Assembly: GCA_963677485.1 (NCBI GenBank)
Contig: OY781964.1
Coordinates: forward strand, 2,624,001-2,688,000
DNA length: 64,000 nucleotides
From: Armatimonadota bacterium
Lineage (GTDB): Bacteria > Armatimonadota > HRBIN16
Direction of reading: 5' to 3'
Position 1 is the first letter of the stretch, and each line of letters starts with the position of its first letter. Under the pieces are notes generated by a model that had not been told where the DNA came from, did not search any database, and saw only the letters and a list, made by a program, of their open reading frames with translations. The position numbers and the translations under genes are program-made. Of this stretch, positions 39,493 to 48,340 are shown piece by piece.

Positions 39493-40671
39493 CTAAAACT
39501 CGCGCCACTTGGGGTGGCGGGGGTTCTTGCTGCTCATATCTACGCTGTAAAGCGGCGGCTCCAGGTGGCTGATGTCTTGACCCAGTGCTTCCAGCACGCT
39601 GCGGCTGACCCAACGCTCCAGCTTCAGCACCGTCAGCTTCCGGCGCAGCCGACCTTGCATGTCGCGGTTCAGTACGCTGGGGATGGTGTTGGTGGTCACA
39701 ATCTCATCGATCTCAGGACCAGCCAGGTTCTCACGACCCTCCGGTGAGGAGTAGAAGTGCGTCACGAAAAACACCACGCGCCGAGCTCCCAGCTCTTTCA
39801 GCAGACGGCAGCTTTCACGGATGGTGACGCCTGTGCGCACCATATCGTCAAAAACAATCACATCCTTGCCGGCCACTTCACTGGCGGGGGTGGGGCTTTG
39901 CGGGTCAATGGCGATTTCCACATTACGCTCGCCGCGCCGCTCTTTGCTGGCGAACACCAGATTGGTATTCAGCGTGTTCATTTGGTTGAACACCTGCACC
40001 GCAAATTCACGAGCGCCTTTATCGGGCGCGCACACCAGCAGACCGTCGCCGCTGTGCAGGTTGGGGGTCACATCGCTGTTGCGGATGTAGTCGGCGTATA
40101 CACGGGCGGGGTTCAGGTTACGCAGCCCGCCGGGCATCACCTGCTCAAACAGCCGCTGTACACTGTCGCTGTGGTTCTGCACCGTCACCACCGTGTCCAC
40201 GCCAGCCAGTGCCAGGCACTGCGCGTAGAGGCGGCTTGAGAACGGCTGACCATCGAATTTCTTGTAGTCGGCATCGGAACGAACGAAATCCACATTACCG
40301 TGATCTGGCCGAGGACCGCGGTCCTGCGCGCTATAGAACAGATCCGGCTCCACCAGGCAGATATTTTCCGCACCGTTGTCTTTGGCGGCACGAGCCACCA
40401 GCATGTTTCGCCAGGCAAGCTCATTTCGGCTAAGCTGGTTGGAGTGCGTGGTGACCAGCACCACATGCTTGCCTTTCAGCTTGTTGCCCACATCGCGCAT
40501 GTCGCCCTCGTCGCTAATAAATCGGGGACAGAACTCGCTATTGGCGTAGGATTTCAGCGCAATGATGTCATAGATATCCGTCGTTTGTCGGCACGCGGCA
40601 GCCACGTCCATAGCGAACGGATTATCCGAATCGCTCGAAATGATCAGCAGTGAAGACTCCTGGGGTATCAT
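39493..40671 (-). CDS. prs: Ribose-phosphate pyrophosphokinase (divergent)
   Basis: YSAQDR, CAPDKGA, KER, PRPP-binding VIVFDDMVRTGVT and VTTNTIP motifs. Confidence 0.85.
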   Translation of the reverse strand: MIPQESSLLIISSDSDNPFAMDVAAACRQTTDIYDIIALKSYANSEFCPRFISDEGDMRDVGNKLKGKHVVLVTTHSNQLSRNELAWRNMLVARAAKDNGAENICLVEPDLFYSAQDRGPRPDHGNVDFVRSDADYKKFDGQPFSSRLYAQCLALAGVDTVVTVQNHSDSVQRLFEQVMPGGLRNLNPARVYADYIRNSDVTPNLHSGDGLLVCAPDKGAREFAVQVFNQMNTLNTNLVFASKERRGERNVEIAIDPQSPTPASEVAGKDVIVFDDMVRTGVTIRESCRLLKELGARRVVFFVTHFYSSPEGRENLAGPEIDEIVTTNTIPSVLNRDMQGRLRRKLTVLKLERWVSRSVLEALGQDISHLEPPLYSVDMSSKNPRHPKWREF

Positions 40672-40779
40672 GCGAAAGTCCTTTCAGCCGATGCGGTGGA
40701 GTTCAGCATCGAGTGTTCACATTGGTTATTTTAACACAGCGCGCGGATTTGTTAAGATATAATAGTTATGGCGTGCTAT

Positions 40780-40866
40780 GGAGAGGTGTCCGAGCGGTTG
40801 AAGGAACCGGTCTTGAAAACCGGCAGGTGAATAGCCTCGCGGGTTCGAATCCCGCCCTCTCCGCCA
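40780..40866 (+). tRNA. tRNA-Ser (anticodon TGA)
   Basis: GGAGAGG/CCTCTCC acceptor stem, CCGGT-CTTGAAA-ACCGG anticodon arm, long variable arm, GGTTCGAATCC, encoded CCA; TATAAT box upstream. Confidence 0.97.
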
Positions 40867-40878
40867 GATTTACGCCAT

Positions 40879-40918
40879 CGGCGGCTGCGATTGATACCAA
40901 TCGCAGCCGCCGGTTTTG
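40879..40918. terminator. Hairpin terminator after tRNA-Ser
   Basis: CGGCGGCTGCGATTG...CAATCGCAGCCGCCG stem followed by GTTTT. Confidence 0.7.
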
Positions 40919-40939
40919 TATATCGTGACGGGATCTTCG

Positions 40940-42427
40940 CTATTTCCCTATCAGCTTCAGTATCTCATCCGCCGCCTTTTCCGCTTCGGCATACTGCCCC
41001 GCCTTCATGTAATTCTCCAGCTTCTGGGCTAACGGCTGAATCTCTTTCGGCCCATACTTTTGAGCATATACCGGCATCTCTTTTTGAATCCTGTGCATCT
41101 TCGTGATGAAGGCGGTGGTGGGCATACCGCCCAGCGCCTGATCCTCTTGAAGCTTCTCGCCCCGCAGGAACTCCCGGTAGGCCTCAAGCGCCTTCGGGTT
41201 TTCCGCCACTTTACGGAACGGGTTATTGGCATCCCCCACGGCCCATCCAAACACATTCACCAGCTCCGCGCCGTGGTTGTATAGGTTCCCCAGATAGGCC
41301 TCCATCGACATGCTTTTGCCGCCCTTGTCCGCCTGACCGGGATCCATCGCCGTGCCTTCAGAGGAGGCCCAGGCGATATTGCCATGCTTCTTCACCTCAT
41401 CATAGATGGCGTCCAGGTGCCCGGGCATGGGATAGGTGCTGAAACCCGGTTTATGGTGAGGTCCGAATGCCACTCGTGGCGGTGTGAAGTGGATAGACGC
41501 TAGATAGCTTCGACCCTGTTTGGCCATGTCTGGGTTATGAGCAATTTCCGGCGAGAAGGCGATGTGCGAGTATATCTTCGCATCGGGCACACCGGCGTCT
41601 GTAAGCGACTTGGCCCAAAAGTCCACAAACTCTTGAACTATGGCAACCCGCTCTTCATCAGTATCTTTCGGAAGGTTGGTGGCACTGAACCCCTTCCTCT
41701 TCAGAGCGTTGTATCCCAGCGATTCATCGCTGACGAAGTCGCGCCCAATCTGCGTCTCCCATCCGTTGATCACACCGATGAAGAGGTGCTCCTTCTTCGC
41801 GGCCTTCAATGCGGCCAGACCCCTCTTCACTTCCGCTCCAACTAAAGCCGACCGCTTTTTCACTTCCTGCAGCACCGCGGGGCTGTTCAGGCATAGCTGC
41901 GGCATGATTTTGGTGGGGGTAGACGACCAGTCAAGCCGCCGACCGGTATTGGGTGTTCCCTTCCAGTCAGTCCATTCCACATTCTCGGGTTTATTGAGGT
42001 TGGACACCCGCTCCCAGAACATCGAGTCGTCCACATGGAATCCCACGGCGATGTTGTTCTTCAGGGCGATGTCGAACGAGCTGCGCATCAACTGTTGAAT
42101 CTGCGCATCGGTGTGGTTGAATGACAGTGGACCAGTGATGAACCCCAATTTGGTGGTTTTACTGCCCACTGTGCCGATTTGCCGTATGATGGCGTCTACT
42201 GTAGTAGCTACCCCGTTCAAAAGCGGGGGGAAGTTGACCCGCCCGGTCTTGTCGTCGGCCTGGGTGAAAATCTGAAACGCAAGGTACTTGGTCGGCATGG
42301 TCTCTGCTCCCTTTGCTGATGGAAGTTCCTGCGTGTTTAACGGTGGGTTGCTATGTCTTGGAGACAAGGCCCATCCAATGAACAGGAATATCAAAATCGA
42401 GTAGATGACGGCAGATTTGCGATTCAT
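40940..42427 (-). CDS. Hypothetical exported protein, possibly TIM-barrel glycosidase-like
   Basis: Long ORF, N-terminal hydrophobic segment from ATG 42427, NGWE and WASSEG Glu-containing motifs. Confidence 0.6.
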   Translation of the reverse strand: MNRKSAVIYSILIFLFIGWALSPRHSNPPLNTQELPSAKGAETMPTKYLAFQIFTQADDKTGRVNFPPLLNGVATTVDAIIRQIGTVGSKTTKLGFITGPLSFNHTDAQIQQLMRSSFDIALKNNIAVGFHVDDSMFWERVSNLNKPENVEWTDWKGTPNTGRRLDWSSTPTKIMPQLCLNSPAVLQEVKKRSALVGAEVKRGLAALKAAKKEHLFIGVINGWETQIGRDFVSDESLGYNALKRKGFSATNLPKDTDEERVAIVQEFVDFWAKSLTDAGVPDAKIYSHIAFSPEIAHNPDMAKQGRSYLASIHFTPPRVAFGPHHKPGFSTYPMPGHLDAIYDEVKKHGNIAWASSEGTAMDPGQADKGGKSMSMEAYLGNLYNHGAELVNVFGWAVGDANNPFRKVAENPKALEAYREFLRGEKLQEDQALGGMPTTAFITKMHRIQKEMPVYAQKYGPKEIQPLAQKLENYMKAGQYAEAEKAADEILKLIGK

Positions 42428-42559
42428 AGCTTTATCAATCTCCCGCGGAAATGCAGCCTTTCCGTGAATGCTGTTTGTGAGGCTGTAGCTATACAATACA
42501 CTATTGCGACGACAAAAGTGATCCGGTGCAAATCAGCCGGGCAACCCAAGGAGACTGAC

Positions 42560-43000
42560 ATGAACTGGTATCTTCAAGCATTCAAAAAGTATGCCTATTT
42601 CGCAGGCCGCTCACGCCGGTCCGAGTTTTGGTTTTACGCCCTCTACAACATTCTGGTGCTGATTGGCTTCAAGCTGGCCTATGCGATCGCAGTGGGAGTG
42701 GGCTCATCTGCCATGAAGCATAAATCACCAGAGGGAATCCCGCCAATGCAGGGCGTCGGCGCCATCGCGCTGGCTGTGGTGATCTGTCTGGCGTTTGCAC
42801 TCTATGTGGTGGGCGTGATCATCCCGTCGCTGGCGGTGATCATCCGTCGGCTGCATGATTCTGGACGCCGTTCGTGGTGGCTGCTGCTGGCCGTGGTTCC
42901 GGTGTTCGGGTTGATCGTGCTGCTGATATTCATGCTGCTGGGAAGCAAGCCCGTGGAGAACCGCTACGGCCCCAGCCCGAAGGTATTGCCAACAGCGTAG
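42560..43000 (+). CDS. DUF805 family inner membrane protein
   Basis: MNWYLQAFKKYAYFAGRSRRSEFW...RRLHDSG...NRYGPSP; AAGGAG RBS. Confidence 0.92.
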   Translation: MNWYLQAFKKYAYFAGRSRRSEFWFYALYNILVLIGFKLAYAIAVGVGSSAMKHKSPEGIPPMQGVGAIALAVVICLAFALYVVGVIIPSLAVIIRRLHDSGRRSWWLLLAVVPVFGLIVLLIFMLLGSKPVENRYGPSPKVLPTA

Positions 43001-43144
43001 CAACACTGCGGTTCTGGGTGAATCACTGCTTCACGAGATAGTATGGGGTAAGGTGCTTGCATGTATGGTAGGCACCTTACCTTTTCTGTTACACTGGCAA
43101 GTGGATTAGCGTTGACGGTTACACAACCACACTAAGGGGCAGGC

Positions 43145-43597
43145 ATGAACTGGTATATCAAGGTGTTGAAAAAGTACGCTGACTTCAATGGCCGGGCAAG
43201 CCGTGTTGAGTTCTGGTATTTCACGCTCATCAACCTGGTGGTCTTTGCATTTAACGAAATAATTGCTCTGACCGCTGCACAGAGCTTTTTCACCTCGATT
43301 TTCAATGTGATGACGATGGAAGGTAACAAAAGCCTTGATTTCTCAGGTTTCGGTCTCGCCGTCGGAGCATTAGTGGGTCAAGCGATCTTGGGCATATACC
43401 TTCTGGCAATCCTAATTCCTTGGCTGGCTGTCACTATTCGTCGTCTTCAGGATACAGGACGTAGCGGCTTATACTGCCTGTTTCTGATGCTCCCAATTGT
43501 TGGTATTCTAGCGTTGATTGTGTTCCTTTGCGAAGACGGCCAGCCGATGGAAAACCAGTATGGCCCCAATCCGAAGGATTTGTTTGTGAGCGTGTAA
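43145..43597 (+). CDS. DUF805 family inner membrane protein
   Basis: MNWYIKVLKKYADFNGRASRVEFW...RRLQDTGRSG...NQYGPNP. Confidence 0.92.
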   Translation: MNWYIKVLKKYADFNGRASRVEFWYFTLINLVVFAFNEIIALTAAQSFFTSIFNVMTMEGNKSLDFSGFGLAVGALVGQAILGIYLLAILIPWLAVTIRRLQDTGRSGLYCLFLMLPIVGILALIVFLCEDGQPMENQYGPNPKDLFVSV

Positions 43598-43685
43598 GCG
43601 GGACGCTGCTAGCCGCACATAGGACAGATCGGGCCGAACCGCAGCCCAGTAGGGGCAGGCACAGGGGCCTGCCCCTTGTATGCTT

Positions 43686-43900
43686 ATAGATGGAGGTCCT
43701 CAGACCTTAACCCAAAACTTGAGGACCATCCTCACACCGGGACGCTGGGGTGAAAGAGAAGGGGTAGATGCCGTCGCGCCCCTTGTAGCTTTGACTACGC
43801 GACGTAGAATGGCACCCTTCTCTGCAATGACCTAACACGAACAGTATCATGGGCTAAAGCCCGCATTTACAAGGATGTCAAGGTTGATTGCTTCACCTGT
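43686..43900 (+). ncRNA. Predicted IS110 bridge RNA
   Basis: 5' stem-loop, then two internal-loop hairpins carrying CGCGCCCCT/GACGTAG (target guides) and ACAGTATC/TACAAG (donor guides); exact ends uncertain. Confidence 0.85.
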
Positions 43901-44443
43901 GTCCCTAACTAGGAGCATACCGGACTATGCAAATCAATGGCAACTCGTACAGCTACTACGCTGGGATCGACATATCTAAAGACACTTTCGACGTGTCGGT
44001 CGTTGATCAAGACGGCACCCATCTGATCCACAAGCAGTTTGTGAACAACCAGAAAGGCTTCAAAGAGCTGGTGTCACTCACCAGGAAGCAAGGCTGGATG
44101 CCTGTGTTATTCGCAATGGAAGGCACTGGCGGATGTGAGCAAAAGCTGCTTGACTACCTGTATAAGCATAAGCAGGCAGTCTCACGGCAAGAACCCTGTC
44201 GAATACACTATCATCGCCTCTCACAAGGATCTCGGCAAAAGACAGACTATGTAGACAGCCTGATCATTGCTGACTACGCACTAAAGAACCGCCTGCGGCT
44301 CTATGTCGCTAATCGGGTTACACTATACCAGCCCATTCGGCATGTGTGAGCCACCCATGTTCGGCATGACTATACCACTCTAGCCGTGTTTCGATGCCCC
44401 TGACCGCCTAAATGATAGACACAGTTTTATCAGGAGGGCATAC

Positions 44444-46003
44444 ATGGAAAGGCTAAGAATGCAGATCATAGAAGAGATCATATTCCGACTGCGGCGTGGG
44501 CAGTCCCAACGAGCGATTTCTCGTGACACGGGCTGCGCTCGTAACACCGTCAGCCAATACGCACAGTGGGCTTCTCGACTTGGATACCTGGCTCCAGATT
44601 CAGATATGCCGAGTATGGAGGCATTTCGTGACACCTTACCGCAGCGCAAACGACGCAGTAATGTGTCTAGTGCTGAACCATACCGCGAAATCATCGAGAC
44701 CTATCTCCAGACTCACATAGAGGCAGTGACCATCCACAACAACCTCAAACGACTATACGGGTTTACCGGTAGCTACTCTTCGGTTATTCGCTTCATTAAC
44801 GGACTGACCCCCAAAGAGCAGTTGGCCATTATACGTCTAGAGACAGACCCAGGAAAACAGGCCCAGGTTGACTTCGGATTTGTGGGGCAAATGAAGGACC
44901 CCGCAACAGGCAAGATGCGTTCAACGTATGCCTTCTTGATGACGCTATCACACTCTCGACATCAATATGTGGAGTTTGTATTCAATCAAAGGATACCCAC
45001 ATGGGTGAACTGCCATATCAACGCCTTTGAATTCTTCGGAGGCGTTCCAGAGGAACTTGTGATAGACAATCTAAAGTCAGCGGTTCTCAAAGCAGATATA
45101 TACGACCCTGTCATCTCGGAGCCGTATCGGCAACTGGCCTTGCACTACGACTTCCTCATTCATCCGTGTAGAGTGAGAACCCCGGAGCATAAAGGAAAAG
45201 TGGAAAACGGGGTTCATTACGTGCAGCGAAACTTCATTGCAGGCCGGGAGTTCATGGATATCGACGAAGCGAACCTGCTTGTGAAGACCTGGATCACCCA
45301 AGAGGCAGGTCTGCGTAACCATGGAACCACACATAAACAGCCATTGGCGCAGTTCAATCAGGTAGAGAAGAGCACGCTTAAGTCATTACCAGACACGGAA
45401 TTTGATCTCATTGAAGTTCGTAGTGCGAAAGTCCATCGGGACTGTCATGTTACAGTGTATGGTTCTTACTATTCCGTGCCCTACAGCTACATAGGCAGCC
45501 AAATGGACGTGCATCTGCACGAACGAGTGGTGCAGATATATGATAACGACCATAAACTAGTTGGAACACATCAAAGAGCGACACAACAAGGGCAGCGCAT
45601 TACCCGCATGACTGATTACCCAACACATAAAGTGGCCTATATGGTTCTTTCAATCGAGAATTGCCTGGAATTAGGGCATGACATCGGCCCCAGTTGTGTT
45701 ACGGTGCTTAATGCTTTGCTGGCTGACAGGCCTGTAGACCGAAGACAATCCGTGAAGAGGATCGTCCGGCTAGTTCAAACGTACAGCAGTAGTCGCCTGG
45801 AAGCGGCCTGCGCACGCTCTCTCTATTACCAAGATGGTAGTTACCAACGCATTGCTAAGATACTGAGGGCCGGTACAGATCACGAGCCAATGGGAATAAC
45901 ATCTTCTCTTCCCCCTAAAAAAGACTACCTCTTCGCTCGTAGTGCCGACGAATTCATTTTGGTCAGTAATGCTGACACCAATATGGAGGTAGAAGCGTGT
46001 TAA
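44444..46003 (+). CDS. istA: IS21 transposase IstA
   Basis: N-terminal HTH; QAQVDFG, FGGVP...DNLKS, KGKVENGV and YSVPY motifs. Confidence 0.95.
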   Translation: MERLRMQIIEEIIFRLRRGQSQRAISRDTGCARNTVSQYAQWASRLGYLAPDSDMPSMEAFRDTLPQRKRRSNVSSAEPYREIIETYLQTHIEAVTIHNNLKRLYGFTGSYSSVIRFINGLTPKEQLAIIRLETDPGKQAQVDFGFVGQMKDPATGKMRSTYAFLMTLSHSRHQYVEFVFNQRIPTWVNCHINAFEFFGGVPEELVIDNLKSAVLKADIYDPVISEPYRQLALHYDFLIHPCRVRTPEHKGKVENGVHYVQRNFIAGREFMDIDEANLLVKTWITQEAGLRNHGTTHKQPLAQFNQVEKSTLKSLPDTEFDLIEVRSAKVHRDCHVTVYGSYYSVPYSYIGSQMDVHLHERVVQIYDNDHKLVGTHQRATQQGQRITRMTDYPTHKVAYMVLSIENCLELGHDIGPSCVTVLNALLADRPVDRRQSVKRIVRLVQTYSSSRLEAACARSLYYQDGSYQRIAKILRAGTDHEPMGITSSLPPKKDYLFARSADEFILVSNADTNMEVEAC

Positions 46004-46764
46004 CTCACACACTGCTACCCAAGCTCAGGCAACTCAGATGGTCTGGCATGGTTGATAGCCTCGAAGAGAGAGCGGAGCTAGCCCGTGAGCAAAAGCTCTC
46101 ACCAACGGAGTTCCTTGCGTTATTAGTAGATGATGAGCTTGAGCGACGCAGCCAAACTAAACAGGTAAAGATGGAGAAGGCGGCCTGTTTCGAGAACACG
46201 AAACTGCTGTCCCACTTCGACTTCAACGCTGTACCTACCCTTGATCGTTCGCTGGTAAGGGAGATGGCGACCTGCCAGTTAATCGCTCAACATGCCAACT
46301 GGCTGGTGTGTGGTCCCACTGGTGTGGGCAAGACACATCTAGCCACCGCCATAGGTTATGAGGCCATTAAGCGAAGCTACAGTGTTTATAACAGTTCTGT
46401 CCACAAGTTGCAACAGGAGATGTTTGCGGCCAGGGCAGACGATGCTTATACGCGGTTGATTAAGAAATTGGTCAACGTTGACCTCCTGATACTCGACGAC
46501 TTTGGTCTTCGCCCCATCACAATTCAGGGAGCGGAAGACCTCTACGAGATCATCCACCAGAGATACGAGAAGGGCAGTATTGTATTGACATCTAATCGGG
46601 CTCCCTCCGAATGGCCGGAGATGTTTGGCGACTCTCTTCTCGCTTCAGCTGCTATGGACAGATTGACTCACCATGCCCGGGTGACTGTTGTCACCGGTGA
46701 GAGCTATCGCCAAAGGCAGCGCAGAGGGGAGGTAAGCAAGCCGGATAATGCATCCGTAGAGTGA
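45997..46764 (+). CDS. istB: IS21 helper ATPase IstB
   Basis: GPTGVGKTHLA Walker A, LLILDDFG Walker B, TSNR, DRLTHHA and GESYR motifs. Confidence 0.96.
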   Translation: MLTHTLLPKLRQLRWSGMVDSLEERAELAREQKLSPTEFLALLVDDELERRSQTKQVKMEKAACFENTKLLSHFDFNAVPTLDRSLVREMATCQLIAQHANWLVCGPTGVGKTHLATAIGYEAIKRSYSVYNSSVHKLQQEMFAARADDAYTRLIKKLVNVDLLILDDFGLRPITIQGAEDLYEIIHQRYEKGSIVLTSNRAPSEWPEMFGDSLLASAAMDRLTHHARVTVVTGESYRQRQRRGEVSKPDNASVE

Positions 46765-48340
46765 GATACCGACGCATCCAACACTTACATTGGGCAATGA
46801 ACACGAACTAGTCAAGTGGTATACATATGCCGAACATGGGTGGTAGTAATAAGGTGACTATTGACAGCTCTACATTCCTAAAGGCGAAAGCTATCGGGCG
46901 CTGCAGGAGATCGGTCGCACACGGCGCATGCTGGTCAGACACCGGAACTCCCTGCAGCAGAGGCACTCTCACGCGCAGAACCTGCATGCCAAAGCGGTTC
47001 TTCAACGCAGCATAGATCACTGCACAGAGGATATCGATCTTTTGAACTCCGCGGCTGCTGAGATTATCGCCAGCAATGACAGGCTAGCGGAAGATTATCG
47101 CCTCCTGAACAGTATTCCGGGTGTAGGTGATATCACATCCAACTACTTTCTAGGGCTCATCGGTGATATATCTTGCTTTGCGACGTCTGCGAAGATAATC
47201 CGATTTGTGGGTATGAACCCATGCCCGCACCAGTCAGGAACCAGCATCGATTCCGAAAGCAGCATATCCAAAATGGGCGATCCCTACATGCGCTCCTTGT
47301 TATACACCAGTGCCATGGCTGTATTACATATGGTGGATCACAATTCGAAAGCACTCCATCCCAGCATGTATCGGTTCGTGGCCAAAATGCGGGAGAGATT
47401 CGGCCCGAGTTCTAGCAGGAAGGTCGTATGCGCGGTGATGCGCAAGCTGCTGATCTTGATGTGGGCTGTGTTGACCAGGCGTAAGGTTTACGATCCGTGC
47501 TACGGACTAGAGCCGCAGGATGCTCCGGCCAACCAGACACCGCAATCCGACGACACTGGCCTTGTCCAGTCTCGTGCCGAAGCGGCCTCAGATTTTGCCG
47601 GCGAAGGCAATGATGCTGGGCAGGACAGTGGCGTTCCAGGATTGGGATGTCTGGATGGATAGCCACCGTGTGGTTCATCCTTGGCCCCAAGTGGTTGAGC
47701 AGCATTCCAGAGCCGGCGAGTCAGCGGTAGAAAGATATGATCACCACTAGCTAGCTGCTCTTGATCTAGCCGCTAAAATTAACATCATTAGAACGTTATC
47801 TTTAAAGCCTCAAAGATGCGGGGTGGGCGTTCATCACTACGGATGACGGGCAACCCTTTGCATAACGGTGCATCTTCGCGTGGGACCGGCTTGTGCTATG
47901 AGCTTGGGTATACCTAAGGTCTATTTGCCACATTGCATAATATAAACGTTGTCCGCAGAACGTTATGGGCATAAATCTGGTATTTCGGACAAATACCAGA
48001 TTTCACCCTCGGAGGCCTTGACAAATAACACAGTATCTACGTCATGCGCCATGTCCTATCGCCCCCCCCAAATCTGCGCCATCTGCGTAATCTGTGGATT
48101 GAATCCCCCTCCAACAAGAATTGCATGGGGACCTGCCTGAGAAGCAATGGTGAAACTCCCGCCACAGAACGTAGCTCCGCTATAATAGAACTGACTAAAA
48201 GCCCAAACAAGCGCAAACAGCAAGCATAGCAACAACTTAGCCTTGAATAAGTCGCGGTGCGATGTGCCGCTGTATTATCAACTGCACCGCGACGGTAATG
48301 ACCAATGACCTTTACAGGAGCTGCGTAGCAACAGGAGATT

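Larger units (their letters stand above)
44304..46866 (+). mobile_element. IS21 family element
   Basis: TGTC...GACA termini, repeated CCACCCATGTTCGGCAT sub-terminal motifs inverted at the two ends, 6-bp TSD GCTCTA (44298-44303 and 46867-46872). Confidence 0.95.
43927..47662 (+). pseudogene. IS110 DEDD recombinase split by IS21
   Basis: N-part GIDISK, MEGTG, KTDYVDS; removing IS21 plus one TSD gives in-frame KNRLRLY|IPKGESYRALQEIGRTRRMLVRH...SIPGVG...HQSGTS...ISKMG...MRKLL. Confidence 0.92.
43677..48038 (+). mobile_element. IS110 family (IS621-like) element inserted in a GTAG REP
   Basis: CT core at both junctions (GCCC-CT-TGTAT at 43675-76; ACAGTAT-CT-ACGTC at 48037-38). Removal restores ...GGGGCCTGCCCCTAC, a near-identical inverted copy of the intact REP at 50045-50071. 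Confidence 0.9.

Noticed and set aside
42560-43620. Tandem DUF805 genes as integron cassettes
   Set aside because: No convincing attC (RYYYAAC...GTTRRRY with a paired core) and no integrase seen.
40780-48340. tRNA-Ser-anchored integrative island
   Set aside because: No integrase and no duplicated tRNA 3' end seen in the window.
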